DNA of 64,000 nt. Origin: Hormiphora californensis. Taxonomy: Eukaryota > Animalia > Ctenophora. Every line of letters begins with the position of its first letter. Position 1 is the first letter of the stretch. A model generated the notes under the pieces. The model did no database searches, was not told the origin of the DNA, and was given only the letters and a program-made list of their open reading frames with translations. Made by a program: the position numbers and the translations under genes. The stretch spans positions 1,984,001 through 2,048,000 of the forward strand of contig CM035359.1 of the NCBI GenBank assembly GCA_020137815.1, read 5' to 3'. Below, piece after piece: positions 35,492 through 49,900 of this stretch.

Positions 35492-37897
35492 CAGTCGGAC
35501 CCCGATTTAGGGACACCCCGATTTAGGGACAGGATTTTTTTCCCCCAAAAATTTTTGAATTTTTTTGGGAAATTTTTTGTGAAATTTTTCAAAAAGATTC
35601 CAGCCATGTCCGAATCGTGTTTCGAATCGGTGCATCTTATCGCATGTCCTTCTGCTAATTAGACGGTTCGGAACGAACCGATACGTGATCCCCATGGTGC
35701 CCATTGAATCACAAGTTCACCAAGGTCCAAGCGTCAAAATTTCGATTCGATGGGGATCACGTTTCGATTCGTTCCGTCTAATTAGCAGCAGGACATGCGA
35801 TAAGATGCACCGATTCGAAACACGATTCGGACGTGGCTGGTATACCTTTTTTTAAACTTTTTTGCAAAATTTTACAGTACGATTGTCAATGCTTTGATCG
35901 GTGCTCCCTATAAATTTTGAGAGAAAAAGTTATTTTGAAATTTTTATACTTCCTCACCCGCTTAAGGTGCCCCGATTCGGTATGGTATCACGTATCGGTT
36001 CGTTTTGAACCCGCTAATTAGACAGGATATCCAGTAAGTTGCACCGATTCGAAATACAAGGTGGCCCATAAATTATGAGGCCGGGGGACGAGCTGTACCT
36101 CCGAAACGGTGATAGTTGTGCAAAAACAAACTACGGGAACATGCTGGAACAATTCCTTGGTAACTTTTTGCAAATTTTGAGTATGTTTTTCAAAAGTTCA
36201 TTTTTCATTCATGAACTATTTACACGTTCATTGATGAATTAAGGACTCTAATTTACCGATAGTGAGCCATTTTGTTTGGGTTGAATTTATCTTTCCAATG
36301 AGCACCATGAAAATCAAATTGAAGCACCAGGTCACATGGCAGTTGAGAAAATGCACATGCATGATTTTGGCTCTTCCTGCGACTTTCAATCAGCTGTATC
36401 ACGGCTACCTTTTGTTCCATCTTTTTAAAAATTTGGGTGAACATTGGATAAGCAAAGATCTTTGCTCACAAGAAAAATCAAGGTCAAAACTGAAAGTTCA
36501 TTTTTAAGTTTTGGTAGTTCATTCCACTCATTCAGGAACCAACATCCCTAAAGTGATGAAAAGTGATTGGTTTTGTTTGGCCCATACCCTGCGATGATAG
36601 AGATGTGTAAAAACACGTTTCCGGGCTAGTTAGTGGGTGTCCATGTGATCATGATGATATCTGACACCTCTTCTGAGCCATAATCAAGGGATTTTCTCGA
36701 ATTCAAGCATGTGATTTGGGTTATCTGTGATTGGTATCGTGCAGCAATGTTGAGAGATCTCATAGCACCTCAAAAATTATGATTAGCTCAATGAAATGAG
36801 TTGATTTATGATAGAAGAGATTAAAACAGACATCAAATGAACTAAACTACCATTTTCGATCCAAAATCAGCTCATTTCATTGAGCTAATCATAATTTTCG
36901 AGGTGCTATGAAATCTCTCAACATTGCTGCACGATACCAATCACAGATAACCCAAATCACATGCTTGAATTCGAGAATATCACTTGATTATGGCTCAGAA
37001 GAGGTGTCAGATATCATCATGATCACATGGACACCCACTAACTAGCCCGGAAACGTGTTTTTACACCTCTCTATCATCGCAGGGTATGGGCCAAACAAAA
37101 CCAATCACTTTTCATCACTTTAGGGATGTTGGTTCCTGAATGAGTGGAATGAACTACCAAAATTCAAAAATGAATTTTCAGTTTTGACCTTGATTTTTCT
37201 TGTGAGCAAAGATCTTTGCTTATCCAATGTTCACCCAAATTCTTAAAAAGATTGAACAAAAGGTAGCCGTGATACAGCTGATTGAAAGTCGCAGGAAGAG
37301 CCAAAGATGATTTCATACAGTGAGTGCATTTTCTAAACTACATGTGACCTGGTGCTTCAATTTGATTTTCATGTTGCTCATTGGAAAGATAAATTCAACC
37401 CAAACAAAATGACTCACTCTCGGTAAATTGAGTCCTTAATTCATTAATGAACGTGTAAATAGTTCATGAATGAAAAATGAACTTTTGAATAAAAAACTCA
37501 AAATTTGCAAAAAGTTACCAAGGAATTGTTCCAGCATGTTCCCGTAGTTTGTTTTTACACAACTATCACCGTTTCGGAGGTACAGCTCGTCCCCCGGCCT
37601 CATAATTTATGGGCCACAAACCGGACGGGCTGGTATAACTTGGAAAATTTTCCACATTTTTTTGAAAAATAATTATTTTATATTTTTATTTTTCTAATCA
37701 GAAATGATCATGTCATCAATACATGAATATTGCATATAATAACAGTTAGAGGTGTCTTTAGTCTTAATAATATAGCATTTTGGGCAATAAAATATGTTTT
37801 TATGGGCCAAATATGGCTCACCCCGATTTAGTGGACACCCCGATTTAGTGGACAAGACCCTTTCCCCCGAGGGTGTCCCTAAATCGGGGTCCGACTG
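35492..37897. mobile_element. Large pogo-type MITE (TA TSD) containing a ~750-bp-arm inverted repeat (36060-37618)
   Basis: TIR cagtcggaccccgatttagggacacc; internal gtggcccataaattatgagg.../...cctcataatttatgggccac. Confidence 0.85.
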
Positions 37898-38579
37898 TAC
37901 TAGTTTATTTACTGGTACATGGGTCACCACACACCAAAGTTAAAATTAAAATTAAAATTTTGATTTTAAACCCGCACACACCAGCGGCCGTTAAAATTTC
38001 TCTCCCTCATTCTAAAAGTAACAATCTCGCGCGCGATTTTAACGGCGTGTTAAAATTTTGTCATCCAACGCGACCGTCAAAATTGTGCGCGAGATTGTAG
38101 GATTTTATTATGCCTATAAGTTGTACCTGAAAACTTATAACACGAGACCGAAGGTCGAGTGTTATAAGTGCACAATAATGATCCGAGACCACAGGTCGAG
38201 GCAATTCTTGTACTTTAGTGCACGAGCCTGCGAGTGCCACTAAGTGTAACTACCTCACGAGCCTGCGAGTGATGTAGTTTTACTTTTTGACCGAGCCTGC
38301 GAGGTCTAAAGTGTAAGAATCTGGGACATTATTGTTGACGTCATGTACAACGAAAATAGGCAAATAAAATTGCATGTAAAATTTTTAAAACAAGAGTGAG
38401 AGACACTTTAGGGCGTAACAATAGAACAAATTCATGATAAGGTAGCAAGCAGAGAAATCAGTATAAGATAAGATAACGCCTGAGATAGGTAAAGAGAGTG
38501 AGAGATTAGTAAGAGTGAGAGAGATAAAGAATGTTTGGGTCGGGAGTTCGTAACTGTTATCTTGAACTCGGTGCTGCAA

Positions 38580-38638
38580 TGGCGTGAGAGTGTGACATAA
38601 GAAAGAGAGAGAGAGAGAGAGAGAGGAGAAGAGGAGAG

Positions 38639-38684
<46 letters not shown>

Positions 38685-38687
38685 GGA
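38580..38687. repeat. (GA)n microsatellite
   Basis: Directly visible. Confidence 0.95.
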
Positions 38688-39276
38688 GTTCGTACACGTT
38701 TATCTTTCTAACGGTTTTGAAGTGTGACAGAAACAGTGGAGTTCTAAGTGCAGCGGTGTTATAAGTTTTCATGTATCACTGGGGGGTGTTATAAGTGAAA
38801 ACTTATAACACTGGGAATTCGGGGAAGCCAATCAGGAGTGTTAGACGATGTGAGATACGATTTGAGGAAGGTTTCTATCGCTTTCCATCCCTAGACCCTA
38901 GACCCCTCTCTGTTCGCTCTGTCTCTTTCAATTTCTCTCACTTTCTCTGAGGCCGGAGACACACTGAAGTTGGGATGGATGAGTGTACCTCTCCCGGCGT
39001 AAACGGCGTATCTGCGTACCGTTTTAGAAAACCATTTCTCCACTTCAACAAGCGCCACGATATCCAATATCAATATTCAGTTTTCCGAAAAGTCATTCGC
39101 GAAAAAGTGTCAAAGTACTTGGTGACATACCTGGCGCGACCCCCATAAAAGTACCACACTACCACAACTCGATCACCTGAGTTCTGCATGTTGCTGAACA
39201 CTTTTATCAAATGGCTAGAATCACGATATCACGATAATAATTTAAAGTGTTGGATGTACTTGGAATAGGACTAAAA

Positions 39277-42200
39277 ATGCAGTTATTTCACTTGGCTCCC
39301 ATTCTATTTGAACTGTAAGTGACTCCCAATAAAACATTATGCATTGTTTAATTCTGTATTTCTATCGATCATCCGCGTAGTCTAATGTTTCATCATTTTT
39401 CAACTTTTCAGGCTGTTTCTCTGCCTTTTAGTTACCTCTTCTGAAGCAAGTCAGTATATTTATTCGTTGAAGCTTTGCTGAAGTCAATTAAAGATTGTTT
39501 CTATCCTGTTTGATAAATATTGATCGAGCAGGAATTCCCCGCGCCGAGAGTAACAAAAAATATCTCAGTGATGGATGGTTCGATTTCGAGCGGCAAAAAG
39601 CTCATAGAACTAGTCTCTATAACTACCTCCAACAAACTTGTCCAATTCTGATTCTGCCACACTCACTTTAAATAATACCATTAGCTGCAATTTGATACGA
39701 GCTTCTTTCAGGTCCCAGTAAGTTCGCCTTTTCCAAACAACCCACCACAACAAGTGTCGACACTGGAACCACCGTCACACTATCATGTGAGGCTGGGGGA
39801 AGAACTGGTATCACATACCAATGGTACACCCTGGCAGCTGGTTTCAGCGTTCCTCCCGAATATAGTGATAAGATTGGCGGGCAAACAGGGACTAAATTAG
39901 AAGTAGCGGAGGGTGTTCATAGCAATTCGATGTTCCAGTGTATGGCAACTGCAGGGGAAGAATCGATATTCAGTGACGTTGCCACTGTTACTTTTAATAT
40001 TCCTGCAACAGGTAAGGATCACTTTTGGACTTTGAATTCGAATTTATGGTTTCATTGAGTTCTTCTGACACCTTTTATTTGCAGCCATAAGTTTTAGTGG
40101 TACTGTCACGACTGACGCCGTTTCTACTTCATCTAATATTATGAATAACGATGCCTGGGTTTTCACACTCAAGTGTAACAAAGACAGTGGGTTTGATCCA
40201 GACACCCAGATCACCAGTGGTTCTGTGTACAGTGTAAAGTGGTATAAAGGCGGTGTGGAAGTAGCAGATGATAACAAGTGGATATACACCAGTGCAGGCA
40301 CCAATACATTGGAGTTTGATGGTCAAGATGCGATAAAACATACTTTTACTCTAGATCAGTATAGTCTTGTTATCTTCAACATAAAGACATCAGATACTGG
40401 AACGTATACCTGTAAAGCAGTTAACACAGCTGGTGGCTCTGTCTTACTTGGAACTGTCACAATCAGTAGTGTTGGTACAACTATATCTGATAACGATAAT
40501 GCCTTCTATTTAAAATCAAAAACATCTTTGGCTGCTGGGTATACTGTTCAAGCTCTAAACTCTGATGGGACAATCAAGATGACACCCTCTGTTGGTGATA
40601 CCGTTCTATTATCCTGCGGAGGGGCCTGTAAACCAGGAGGCAGTACTTCCAATTCTATCAGTTACAAGTGGACATTGGAAGGCGATCTAAACACTATCCT
40701 CTCTAATGACAGAGAATACAGTGTGACCATGTCATCTACAAGTTCTGTAACCTACCAGTGTAGAATAACAGATAGCGATTGTGTGGACAGTACCATATCT
40801 ACCAAAGGATCAGTGTCACTTTCAGCCACAGGTACTATCAAGAAAGAAGAACATTTATTATTTTTGGTAAGGAGTAAGTAAATGAAGATAACTGATCATA
40901 TCTCGCTGGTAACATTGAGTTTAGCTCGGTTGAACTTCTAACTCTTTAATTTCAGCTGCTACTATCAGTTACTCCTACACGTTTGATTCATCCCTTCCTT
41001 CCTATATATGGTGGGAATCTGCCAGTTCGAAGTCAGCAGATCTTAGTATAGCCTGTACTGGAACCGGTTCCGGAGGGACTTTAGTAAAGAATTTATACCA
41101 AAATGGCACATCAAAATCAACTTCTCCACCTTATACAATCTCTGCTGCCTCATCTAATAGTGGTGCTTACCAATGCATTATTTATAACGATGGGGATAAC
41201 GTGTTCTTAACTCAGCATACAACTGAAGTTCTTATTGTTGGTAAGTACCTTGGCTACCCATTCGTCACTGTATAAATATGGTTGGTGACATATAGACACC
41301 TTGCGCGACCCCCGCACACAGCTCAATCTGTCGCGCACGTTGTCTATGTCACCAATAAATATGGTAGCTGTATCCAGGCTCAACTAAAATTATCCTTTTC
41401 AGAAAGCTCGACAGCTGCCCTTACTGCTTCTCCTACAGAATACCGTACTGGTGAAACTGCTACCCTAACTTGTACCATTACTGGTTACCCAATTTCATCG
41501 CTACACGTAAGCCTGGACGGAGGATCAGCTCTTACAACTACTGAAGTCAGCTCCACTGTTTATACGGCTACTATTGGTTCATTCTCTTTTTCGGATGCTG
41601 GAAAATACACGTGCAGTGTGTCAATTGAGTGGTATAAAACTGATAACGGGGACGCACAAACCGAAACTAAAACCGGTGATCTCACCTTGGAGTATGGTAA
41701 GTGTGGTGTAAATAATTGAGACCAATCAAAATAGGTACTTACATAAAATTGCGAGGTCTTTTATACTATGTATATCACGAAAAAGTTGACTCTGTAAAAT
41801 CTAATTAGTAGTTATCACGGTTTAATCTGTTTCATCCTTTTTTCAGTACAAGATGCTACAACAACGCTCACTACTAGTCCTGCATCCCCTTCCAAAGGGG
41901 ACTCAGTAACTATAACATGTGTGGTTGTTGGCTACCCTGCACCTTCTCAACCTGTTTTATCTAAAGATGATAGCGATATTACTTTTTCCGGGGGATGTTC
42001 TGGGACTAATACCAAGACATGCAACCATGTGATTACTGACGCTCAGTATACTGATAGTGGAACTTACAAGTGTGTTGGAAGCAATACTGTTGACGGTGTA
42101 GACAAAACAGACAATAAAACTAGTGGCATCAATATTGGTACGTTAATACAGGTCACAGGTGTTTCATAGAAGCCCCAATTCAAGTTACTGTTAACCGTCA

Positions 42201-45200
42201 ACCGAAATCTATATATTTATTGATCATTCTCAAACATCTTTTAGTTGGGAGTGAGGAAGTTTCTATGGTGGTTAAAAACGGCGCTGATGAGACTCTCACC
42301 GGTTCAACCATTGAAATATCAAAAGGATCAACTCTGAAAATTACCTGCACTGTAGACGGCAATCCTAAACCTGCATCCATTACTCTGAAGAAAGGTGGCA
42401 CAGCAGTGGCTGGTACGAAAACTTCTCAAACCGACTATTCTAGGACTGTGGAGGCGTCAGTCGGCAGTTTGGAATTATGGGATTCAGGTATTGTGAGCTA
42501 ATTTACAGCTGAAACTCTTTGAACCATGGTGTTGGGATAATAATGATTCTGAGTAGTATAGTGGAAAACTCATCTTATGTAATACTGCAATCTATGTCAA
42601 TATTCCCAGGTGAATACAAATGTGAAACGACAAAGAACGACGGTACAGCTGGTCCCTCTTTTACTCAAACAGTGGTGGTAATGTCAGCGGTTAATGTCAC
42701 TATTGGTGTTAGTACAGATACCCAACCCTTGACGCTCAAGTTGTGTTTACCTGCATAGCCATTGGAAGTACGAAACCAGTCATAGATAAATTATTTGTCC
42801 TCTCAGCCGGTTGACTGTACTTCAAACCTCCTTCCCACAGGTGACCGACCATATGAAGTTATTTTGAGAAGAAATGGGAATGATTTCATAAAGTACACTG
42901 AAACAAGCTCCTTTTGTACAGAAGACAATGATTATCAGCTTACTTGTACCCACACTATCAACATGTTTGGTAAGTCTCAGTAATCCGGGAATATTATATT
43001 GGCAAGATGAGTTGTAAAAATACCATGAATTTTGAGTTTCCTGATATACTGATGCTTGATCTTATTCCTAGGATACGACAATAACAATGACTACACGTGT
43101 TACGCTAAGAATCAGATAGCCAGTAATGAAGAAAAAGTTGCTACTTCGACCACTAAGACCGTTGAGGTTTCCAAGAAGGTTGAGGTGTCCATTGAACCAA
43201 CGAGGTAATGTGTCGGCTTATAAGTGTTCTTGTCGTGATTAAAGTCCTCGTAAAGTATCAAAATTACTAACTTCTCTTCAGTGCAACAGATGTGAAGAAG
43301 TCAACAGGCTCAGACATCATAACGTGTCATGTAGATGGTGGTGCTGCACCTTATCGTGTTACCCTCGATAGACCCAATTCACAGGACACCCTTGAGTGGA
43401 CAGAAGATATTGGGTATGGTCTTTTTTGATTACCTTTGCATAAATACAGGCCAAGTGAACTTCAGGTGGTTAAACTAACATAATGTTTCCTTGTAGCTCA
43501 GTAAATTCATTGAATTGTGAAGAGGTAGTCGTGTCGAATGTACTCAAGTGTACGCATACTCTCAACAAAGTGGACTATGCAGATAATGGTCAGTAAAAAT
43601 CTGCAAACTAGTGAATGGTCTTTGGTGTCATTTTCAATGAAGTTCATTGACTCATCCTCTCCTCTAGGAACGTTCACTTGTACAGGCTACAACGAGCTAG
43701 CTGATGGGGATACACAACAAACCGACACATCAACATTAGACATCACCATCACAGAAGATGTTCAAGTGACTCTGGCAGCCTCACCTACTGTAACTGTAGG
43801 GGGTGAAATGGAAGCAAGCTTTGGGGATACTGTTACGGTTACATGTGTAGCTGAGGGTGGACGAACTCCCCATTACATGGTACGTAACTTGTAATAATGA
43901 TCAACTTGAAATGTAAAAACTAAACACGAGGTGATCAAAAAGTCATTTTCTTCGTTACAGGAATTGACTAAAGATGATACCCCACTGGTTGTTTACAACA
44001 CTGATAACACTAGCAGCAATATCCTGGCTGACAAAGTGGTTGCAAAAGATAACAAGTTAACTCTAACATACGAAATTAGCTCTATTGGTTTTTATGATAA
44101 CGGAGATTATGAGTGTGAATCGAAAAACAAAGCGTTCAATAAAACTGTTGCAACTGATAGTCAAGAACTGAACGTAGTTGTTGGTAAGTAGGATGTCAGT
44201 TTCTTCATTTGCTTTTTGGATAAAATAAAAAATAATAGTATGAACAATACAAAGCAGTGAATATGCAGATTGAAAAGTAATTGTAACATCAAAATTAATC
44301 GTTCTCCCGCTCTCAGTAAAAGTTGTTAAGATTGGAACTCTGAGCGACCTAAAAGTAGATTATGATGGATCAGTGGCCGTCAATTTTACTGTGACTGGAG
44401 GAAGATCTCCGAAATCAGTTAAAGTGGCCAACAGCGCCCACACAATCCTGGACTGGCCTAATAGCAGTGGTGATTGTACGGGTAACAACGAGCTTCAATG
44501 TAGTGTAACTATGACTGCTGATCAGTGGAGCTACGATGGCCAGTATACCGTTACAGCGAAGAATGATGCTGGCCAGAGTCAGGAGGCTGAAGATACTAAA
44601 ACGTTTGAAGTTACAGTGTTCATGGATGTAGAAACAGATATTGCAATAAGCGAAAGTAAGGGCAATAATTTTAATTTAGGTACCAATGCTCGCTTGCTAT
44701 GTCAAAATTTAAATGTATTATTGGCAGCACTAAAACCACATTCTTTAGGTAACCCTGCACAGATAACGTACGGAAAAGACCTCACTATAACGTGTACCGC
44801 AGAGGGCGGGGAAGAACCCCATTCCATGAAACTGACATACCCTGATAATACTGGTGAGTAATTGTGCTGAAAGTTCTAAACTCTGACCGTCGTCTGTCGA
44901 TAATCAGTCAAATAATCATACCCCTCTACAGAGTATAAATGGGATCGAAATGGGGCTGGTACGGATAGTTTGACTTGTCTTGGTGACCACGTAGTGACCT
45001 GTACACACGTCCTCACGTCCCCTGGGTACACCTCTGATGGTAGTTACACTTGTACTGGCTATAACGTTGGGAGTGATGGAGGTGTAAATTCAACCAGCGC
45101 TGTTCAACTGACAATTGGTAAGTTTATTAATCTAAGAGGATCTTCCAAACCTTCTAAATACCTCGAACTTTTACACCATCCTCCTAAATTTAGTCCAAGA

Positions 45201-45580
45201 TCCACTGGTTTCCACTTCTCTCACCGAACTCAGCATGCTGACTACTGATACCAAGAGTGTTAACTGTACTGTGGCATCTAAACCGAAATTGGAAAGGATA
45301 AGGTAGATTCAGGGGGTTTCAAAAATATTATCAAAGACTAATCGAATTTCAAATGTTCAGTCTTCCATAGTCGGTGATTTTCTCCTCGCTCTAAAATTAT
45401 CCATCCCTCAGATAAAATGGAAGTACCCTAATGGCACGGAAGTGGATCACGACAGTATGGTCGTTTACAGAGCTATTGATTCTCATACTTGGAGCGTCAG
45501 AGTTAACTTTGACCACGCCCTCTAAAGACGCAGAGGGAGGGTATAAGTGTGTGGCTGACGGGGTTGAAAAGAGTGTTTTG
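39277..45580 (+). CDS. Multi-Ig receptor copy B1: signal peptide, Ig1-10, plus three extra Ig domains (~44317-45580); 3' end lost in low-quality sequence
   Basis: ATG 39277 MQLFHLAPILFELL...; exons colinear with gene A; unique exons VNFTVTGG...DGQYTVTA, LTITCTAEGG...DGSYTC, VNCTVAS...WKYPNG; 1-bp deletion near 42718. Confidence 0.82.
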
Positions 45581-46950
45581 TGGGGGGTTTGAAATGAAAA
45601 AATGAAAGAGTTGAGTGTTTCGTAATGTTGATTGAAAAGAGTGTTGAGTTTGAAAATGAAATGAAAAATTGAAATTGGAAATTTGAAAAGAGTGTTTGTT
45701 GTTTTTAAAGGGTTGAATGAAAAAGGAGGTGTGTTTGAAATTTGTTGTTGAAAAAGACGTGTTTAAGTGGTGTTTGAAAAAGAGTTTCAGACTGTTTTAG
45801 TTGTTTTTTGTAGTGTTTTTACGTCCCGTATCGCAGGTAGGTAATCATGGCGGGGAAAGGGAGTTGAGTGTTGGAGGGTAAAGGGGAAAATTTGATTTTT
45901 TGGAGTGTGTTGATTTGGGGTGCTGTTTGGGTGTTGGAGAGTTGTTGTACTGTTGAATTATTCATAGCACCCATGCCTGTTTTGTTCGTGATTGTGTTTT
46001 TGAGTTCTTATTTTTGTCTTGTTTTCAGGGTTTTTTGGTTTTATTGGGTAGTTTGTTTGTTTCTAGCGTAGATCTCGATCCAGTAGTGGGTTTTCCCAGA
46101 CCAATGGTCCAAAAATCCTTTCAAGAGAGGAAGGTTTTTGGGTAATCCCACCAAGCTCAGCTTGTTTTTATCTCCGGAACAATCTCGTTTGCAAAAGAAT
46201 GAGAAGCTGTAGATAGGGGGGTGTTGTTTGCGTCGCGTGTTGTAAACGATTAATGTTTGAAGTTAGTGTGAGAGGGAGCGTATGTGAAGCGCGAGTTTTT
46301 TTTCCAGCAGAAAACCGACACAGTGACAGTAGTAGTAGAGTTTAGTAGAGTTTCAGTAGGGGACTTTCCCTCTTTTAAAGTTGCCGAGAACAAGGGTTTG
46401 TGGTCTCTGGCTGAAACAATCCTTCTAAACTTATAACACCGAACGGAAAATAGAATCAAAGGGAAAAAAAAGAAAAAATGGCCTACGCAACGGTCCTAAC
46501 GTCAGTTTTCTTTATTTGATGTTCTTTTTCTCTATGTGTTTTTTTTGTGGAGAGGAGAGCGAGAAAACATGTACAGAAGTGTCAGTTCTAACTCTGTTTT
46601 TAGGTCCTCAAAGTAGCATTTGAACGCTCTGCAACCTGTGACGATACAGAATACACATGTACTGTCGTGGGGTGCAGAGGGAGATGAAAGTTACGTTGGT
46701 AACTAAGACTGTTACCGAGTCGTCCCCAATCATAGAGGACTGTACAGGTGGGTGCTTGGGGTGACATCCCTTCACCCAGGATCGGGAAAGGGTATAGTTA
46801 TCTGAACACACAGGCTATAGTGCTTCACACTAGCCAGCGTGGTATTAGAAGAAGAAGAAAAACATTTTAGGATTGGGTTAAACTGTTCGTCCAGTTATGC
46901 TAAGACAGAATAATCAGTTCAGGGGTGGGGGGTGGGGGGCGGCTTTGGCC
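45580..46950 (+). other. Degraded / low-accuracy sequence with faint homology to the last Ig exons
   Basis: e.g. tctccggaacaatctcgtttgcaaaagaatgag vs tctccggaacaatccgttgcaaaagatgac; insertion-rich, G/T-biased. Confidence 0.7.
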
Positions 46951-46984
46951 ACAATCTCAATACGATCAAGATGCATTCTTTCAG

Positions 46985-49900
46985 GTCCCAGTAAGTTTGC
47001 CTTTTCCAAACAACCCACCACAACAAGTGTCGACACTGGAACCACCGCTACATTATCATGCGAAGCTGGTGGAAGAACTGGTATCACATACCAATGGTAC
47101 AGCCTGAAAGCTGGCTTTAGTGTTCCTCCCGAAGATAATGATAAGATTGGCGGGCAAACGGCGACTTCATTAGAAGTAGCGGAGGGTATTTATAGCAATT
47201 CGATGTTCCAGTGTATAGCAACTGCAGGGGAGGAGTCTATATTAAGTGACGTTGCTACTGTTAGATTTAATATATTCCTGCAACAAGTAAGGATTAATTT
47301 TGGGCTTTGAATTCGAATTTATGGTTTCATTGAGTTATTCTAACACCTTTTATTTGCAGCTATAAGTTTTAGTGGTACTGTCACTACCGAAACTGTATCT
47401 ACTTCATCTGATATTTCGAATAACGATGCTTGGGTATACACGCTAAAATGTAACAAAGACGCTGGGTTTGATCCGGACACACAGATCACCAGTGGTTCTG
47501 TGTACAATGTAAAGTGGTATAAAGGCGGTGTGGAAGTAGCAGATGATAACAAGTGGATATGCACCAGTGCAGGCACCAATAAACTGGGCTTTGATGCTAC
47601 GGGAGCGTTTCAAAAAACAATAACTCTAGAACAGTACAGCCTGGTTATCTTCAACATAAAGACATCAGATGCTGGAGAATATACCTGCAAAGCAGTTAAC
47701 ACAGCTGGTGGCTCTGTCTTACTTGGAACTGTCACAATTAGTAGTGTTGGTGCAACTATATCTGATAACGCCTGGTATTTAAAATCAAAAACATCATTGG
47801 CTGCTGGGTATACTGTTCAAGCTCTAAACTCTGATGGGACAATCAAGACGACACCCTCTGTTGATGATACTGTTCTATTATCCTGCGGAGGGGTCTGTAA
47901 ACCAGGAGGCAGTACTTCAAATTCTATCAGTTACAAGTGGACATTGGAAGGTGATCTAAACACTATCCTCTCTTTCTGACAGAGAATACAGTGTGACCAT
48001 GTCATCTACAAGTATTGTAACTTACCAGTGTAGAATAACAAATAGCGATTGTGTGGACAGTACCACAACTACAAAAGGAGCAGTGTCTCTCACACCCACA
48101 GGTACTATCAAGAAAGTGTGTGGTTGTTTGATTTAAAGGGTCAGTGCACAGGGTTAACATGGGTTGTGTTGAGTCTCCGTGGTGTGGGTCACGTTCCGCC
48201 CAAACTAGTCGGGTAGGCCAAAATCTAAACCACACCCAGGGGTCCCACACCAAGGAGACTAAACACAACCCAAGTTGACCCTGTGCACTGAGTTAGGCGT
48301 AAGTAATTTACTTATTGGGGCCCCATGGGGAAGAATCTCACGTGCAAAAGAGTATAATTGATATCTTGCTCAAATCCTGACTTAAATTAATTTCAGCTGC
48401 TACTACCAGTTACTCCTACACGTTTGATTCATCGCTCCCTTCCTATATCTGGTGGGAATCTGACAGTTCGAAGTCAGCAGATCTCAGTATAGCCTGTACT
48501 GGAACTGAATCCGGAGGGACTTTAGTAAATTCTGTATACCAAAATGGTGTATCAAAATCATATTCTCCGCCTTATACAATCTCTGATGCTTCATCTAATA
48601 GCGGTGCTTACCAATGCGCTATTACTAATAATGGGGATAACGTATTCTTGACACAACATACAACTGAAGTTCTTATTGTTGGTAAGTACCTACTCGTCAC
48701 ATGTAAAATTGTAGGTATCTACACTCCAAGCTCAACTAAAATTATTCTTTTCAGAAAGCCCGACAGCTGCCCTGACTACTTCTCCCACAATATACCGTAC
48801 TGGTGAAACTGCTACCTTAACTTGTACTATTACCGGTTACCCAATTTCATCGCGACACGTAAGCCTGGACGGAGGATCAGCTCTTACAACTACTGAAGTC
48901 AGCTCAACTGTTTATACGGCTACTATTGGCTCATTCTCTGTTTTGGATGCTGGAAAATACACGTGTAGTGTATCAATTGAGTGGTATAAAACTGATAACG
49001 GCGTCGCACAAACCGAAACTAAGACCAGTGATCTCACCCTGGAGTATGGTAAGTTTGGTGTAAATAATTGTCAATTGAGACCAATCAAAGCAGGTATCAT
49101 GTACTCACCTCAAAGCTGCGAGTTCCTTTATACAGTCCGACCTCGATTTAACAGCACCCTCGAAAAGGTTGACTCTGTAAAATCGAATTAATATAGTTGT
49201 CACGGTTTCATCCTTTTTTCAGTGCAAGATGCTACAACAACGCTCACTACTACTCCTGCATCCCCTTCCAAAGGGGACTCAGTAACTATAACATGTGTGG
49301 TTGTTGGCTACCCTGCACCTTTTCAACCTGTTTTATCTAAAGATGATAGCAGTATTACTTTTTCTGGGGGATGTTCTGGGACTAATACCAAGACATGCAA
49401 CCATGTGATTTACTGACGCTCAGTATACGCATAGTGGAACTTACAAGTGTGTTGGAAGCAATACTGTTGACGGTTTAGACAAAACAGACACTAAAACTGT
49501 TGACATCAATATTGGTACGTAAATATACATGTATTTCATAAATAAAAAGCCCCAATTCATGTTACTGTTTAACCGAAATCTGAATTTATTGGTCATTTCC
49601 AAACATCTTTTAGTTGGATGTTCCATGGTGGTTAAAAACGGCGCTGATGAGACTCTTCACCGGTTCAATCATTGAAATATCAAAAGGATCAACTCTGAAA
49701 TTTACCTGCACTGTAGACGGCAATCCTAAACCTGCATCCATTACTCTGAAGAAAGGTGGCACAGCAGTGGCTGGTACGACAACTTCTCAAACCGACTATT
49801 CTAGGACTGTAGAGGTTTCAATTGGCAATTTGGAATTATGGGATTCAGGTATTGTGAGCTAATTTACTCCTCTAATATACTTTGAACTATGGTGTTGGGA

